A DNA stretch of 64,000 nucleotides from Alphaproteobacteria bacterium (lineage in GTDB: Bacteria > Pseudomonadota > Alphaproteobacteria > MPNO01 > UBA830), in contig OZ219791.1 in NCBI GenBank assembly GCA_964291215.2, positions 192,001-256,000 on the forward strand. Direction: 5' to 3'. Below are positions 63,319 to 64,000 of the stretch, one piece after another (the first letter of the stretch is position 1; each line of letters opens with the position of its first letter). The notes under the pieces were generated by a model that had not been told where the DNA came from, ran no database searches, and was given only the letters and a program-made list of their open reading frames with translations. A program made the position numbers and the translations under genes.

Positions 63319-64000
63319 GATCTTTTTTTTAGCGTCTTCCTGACCGTCTCTTCCGAAATGCGCTCGACGATCTCCACCAGACGGCCGGCGAGCAGCGTCC
63401 ACAGCCCTCGGGCGGGGACGAACAGGCCAGGGCGATCAGCTTCGCCTCCATCGCCCCGTCCAGCCGTTTCGGCCGACGGTTCACCTGCTCCTTGCGGCTG
63501 AGGGCAGCCTCCGGACCCTCCAGAACGCAGCGCAAGCGCTCGACCGTCGCCGTGCCCAGCGCAATGTCGGCATCGACAAGCGCCCCTCAGCATCGGGACC
63601 TGTGCCAGGCGGCCCCGGTGCCCGATCGCCTTCAGATCCCGGCGCTCCTGCGCCGAAAGGGTCACCCGGTAGAGCTTCCTGCCCTGAGAGTTGGCCACGC
63701 TCCTGTCATTGCGCCGAAGACCTGCGGACATGCCCGTTGTCCGGACCTGCGCATGGGGCTGCCTGCCCGTTCGGCATCTTGCCCGTGTGGATATCGACAC
63801 TGTCCGGATTCCAACGGATGCCGACACAGGAATACTACCCACCAAAACCATCAATACAATGCCGGTGGACTACTAGACCCCCCAGTAAAACGCCTCAAAG
63901 CGCAAACCTCAGACAAATTTCCAGACATCAAGTTACAGTACCTCGTCCCATCGATCTATCGGGCTTGCCGGCTCGGGTTCTTAAGGCGCTGACGGGGTTG

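Larger units (their letters stand above)
59690..63873 (-). mobile_element. Decayed IS630-family element split by IS66
   Basis: LDNLNTH, YTPKHGSWLNMAEI; HTH part at 63320-63690; CTAG at both junctions (TA duplication). Confidence 0.85.
58514..63942 (-). mobile_element. Decayed IS256-family element (Tnp remnant 58553-59620) carrying nested inserts
   Basis: SEAEVHWRAFLESL, WQRCQFH, RMRTSNGIER; imperfect IRs sharing ATGTCTGGAAATT at both ends. Confidence 0.75.

Noticed and set aside
58506-63950. Target duplication for the IS256 element
   Set aside because: Flanks GACAATCG and TCGTCCCA do not match
1-64000. CRISPR array, cas genes or rRNA
   Set aside because: No regularly spaced repeats, cas-like ORFs or rRNA-like sequence seen

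Overview
High-GC alphaproteobacterial (Rhodospirillales-like, inferred from gene order) chromosomal window. Intact housekeeping and catabolic genes (rnd-kdsD-lptCAB-rpoN-ptsN, tRNA-Leu(CAG), pcaIJ-like CoA-transferase, dinB, TAXI-TRAP transporter, DinG helicase, Mo-hydroxylase large subunit with CoxG, fhs, aryl-CoA ligase, amidase, anmK, iscS-fdx, tenA, TctC) alternate with six islands of decayed, nested mobile elements (about 7.1-10.6, 13.2-14.9, 21.0-23.9, 37.1-38.9, 46.9-47.5 and 54.0-63.9 kb). Main observations: (1) a 1.74-kb block bounded by inverted group II intron 3' ends (domains V-VI) and a 4-bp direct repeat, whose removal restores the amidase stop codon; (2) two IS110 copies whose CT core, junction promoter and bridge-RNA target/donor guides can be read and matched to both insertion sites, each inside a DUF4338-ISAs1 element; (3) a four-layer nest IS256 > IS630 > IS66 > antisense group II intron with precise inner junctions; (4) pervasive micro-deletion erosion of mobile DNA beside intact genes. 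All family calls come from motif recognition by eye; no searches were run.
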